Positions 61,805 through 64,000 of a stretch of DNA of 64,000 nt are shown piece by piece. A program made the translations under genes and the position numbers. The notes beneath the pieces were generated by a model. That model saw nothing but the letters and a program-made list of their open reading frames with translations, ran no database searches and was not told the origin of the DNA. This DNA comes from Camelus dromedarius. Lineage: Eukaryota. Numbering within the stretch: the first letter of the stretch is position 1; each line of letters begins with the position of its first letter. The stretch spans positions 71,054,001-71,118,000 of the forward strand of contig NC_087436.1 of the NCBI RefSeq assembly GCF_036321535.1, read 5' to 3'.

Positions 61805-64000
61805 TATTCACTTGCATTTCTGTCTTAGTCAATTCCCTCTTCATATCCTTTGCTCTCTTTTTGGTTAGATTATTTGACTTTTTCCTCAGCAATCTGTAAA
61901 AGTGCTCCCTAATTCAGGGTATTCATCTCTGATGATCAGAGATGTTTCAAACACTTACGCTATTTGATGTGTAACTATGTATGTGTATATACACGGATGT
62001 GAGGATAAAGGTCAAGCCACTATAACAGAGTCCAAAAATATATTGGCTTAACAAGATAGAGACGTAAATTTTGCTCTCATAAAATTGTACCTGATGTTAG
62101 TGGTGCAGTTTAGTGGGAACCTTATTACCATATAGCAGCAGTAAGTATCCCCATTTTACAGGTGAGGAACTGACCTCACAGAGGTGAAGGGAATTCTCTA
62201 AGATCACGTAATAAGGGAGCAATGGAGCCAAATTCTAACTGGTATCAGCATTTAATGGGTGTTTATTATGTGGCGTGCACTGTGCTAAGCTTTTTACAGG
62301 CATCATCTCACTGAATCCTTATATACTATGAGGTAAATGTTTTCACTACCCACCACTTCAGACAGACACAAAAGCTGAAGCCTAGAAACATGAAGTATCC
62401 TTCCACTTTGTGGATTCTTACAGCATGTACTGTGAGTGTCAGGTATGTGAGAAGCCAATCAGCTGCTGCCATACATCGTTTCCAATCCGTTCTATGAGTA
62501 TCTCTTTTTTCCAAGGGAAATTGTAAGCATGTTGATTTAATGCTTATGGTGTACTCAGTTTGTCCAGCCCCTATTCCTCCATTCCATGCCGAGCATATAG
62601 CTAGGAATCAAGATGTTCCAAACTGAATTATGCCCAAGAATTGGGTTCGTAACTGAATCTAGTAAAATCATGGAGACAATAACTTCTCTGTGCCTATCCT
62701 CTTCGGGATGTTTTCTTCAGAGTGTCCATTATCCATTGTTGTAGAAAGACAGGGAAAGAGAACTAGGTTTCCTATGGAATGAAATTTTTAATTCTTCTAA
62801 AGTTAGATTAAATAAATGCCACTGAACCACAGGTGGTTATAAGGACTCTGGTTTCACATCAGAAAAGCATTTGATGGATATGAAGAGCCTTGAAATTATG
62901 AGCTCAAGGTGGTCAAGCCAAAGGTTGCTCAGACTGGCAGGTCTAAGACCAGGGCTGCCAGTTTAACTCAGTATAAACTAGCAAAATGGGGGGGAAAGGA
63001 CAGAGTCTTGTCCGGGTCTTTCTCCTCAAGGCCAGCAATTTAGAAACTGCCTACCAAGAAAGATTATAGATGAAGAGAGGAGTGAGAGAACTGGGCTGCG
63101 TCTTGATCACACAGACCTATCCCAGTGCTCAAAATGAAGTGAAGAGTGATGGGTGTACCTGCTACTTGCTGACCTACTATTCATGCTGACTCCAGGACTT
63201 TCACTTTTGTCCTTGAGAATCTAATGAACCACAGCAAACACTAAGGTCTTATGGTTTTATGGTTTTATATCTTTATGGCTTGTGTCTATAGCATTTCCCT
63301 GTTCAATTCAAGGGAGTCAAAATCTGAATTTAACCTCTAAACAATTTCATGATTAGTTTGCTATTATTTAATACTTATACTTGGGAAGCTGATGTAACAT
63401 GTGGCATGAAACAAGGATGTGTCATACATTTTTTAAAAACTGAAAATATTTTAAGTGTTTAATGTATTTGGAGGAGCAAATCTGATCATCTTCCTTGTAT
63501 CTCATAAAAACATTCAAATTGTAATACAAAATATACCAAAAGCAATAAGTGCATAACATTGCTGAGAACAGGAGGTGGTAATTAGCATATAAAGTATTTT
63601 TGCAAAAAGATGGGAAGTAGATAGAATCACACTGATGGGTGAACCACAAAAGAATACAGAACACAGATAGAGGAAGACTGCAGAGAACTGGGAAACGTTT
63701 TTCAAGAAAAAGCAAGGTTTACTGGTCCTTCCAACCCACCCATGATATTTTGTATTCTTTCCAACCTCCACATGCAGAGGCATTTACCTAGAAGCTAAAC
63801 TATAATTGCACTATGTATATGCTGCTGACTGAAACAGAAATACAAGCTAAAATGTTTTCATTTAAATGTAGTTTTAAATGTGTTGAAATAAGATAATTGA
63901 AGATTAATGCCCTATAATGTCAAACATAAAACTGGATTTTTATAATAAACACAAACTTGATGAAATTCCATAGCACAGAGAAGGTTAATACATCAAGGAT

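Noticed and set aside
1..64000. CRISPR array or prokaryotic-type system
   Set aside because: No regularly spaced repeat-spacer structure or operon-like gene density. The DNA is clearly mammalian.

Overview
Mammalian genomic DNA, most likely camelid given the Vic-1-like tRNA-derived SINEs and the recurrent L1 3' ends. The window holds one apparently intact gene on the + strand, NPFFR2 (neuropeptide FF receptor 2, a class A GPCR). It has a GC-rich, probably non-coding first exon ending at 542, a ~50.2 kb intron 1, and three coding exons (50735-51062, 55489-55588, 57486-58320) that join to 1263 nt = 420 aa + stop. The rest is mostly transposable-element debris: L1, L2, MIR, MaLR/ERVL/ERV1 LTRs, a decayed ERVL provirus with readable RT and integrase remnants, and hAT MITEs. 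I found no convincing novel biological system. The most notable observations are a disabled counterpart of the human long-isoform N-terminus in exon 1, an L1 insertion with an apparent 3' transduction, several structurally unusual L1 insertions, and NPFFR1-like residues in the receptor. Repeat family names and human protein comparisons come from memory, not from database searches, and repeat boundaries without target-site duplications (TSDs) are approximate.
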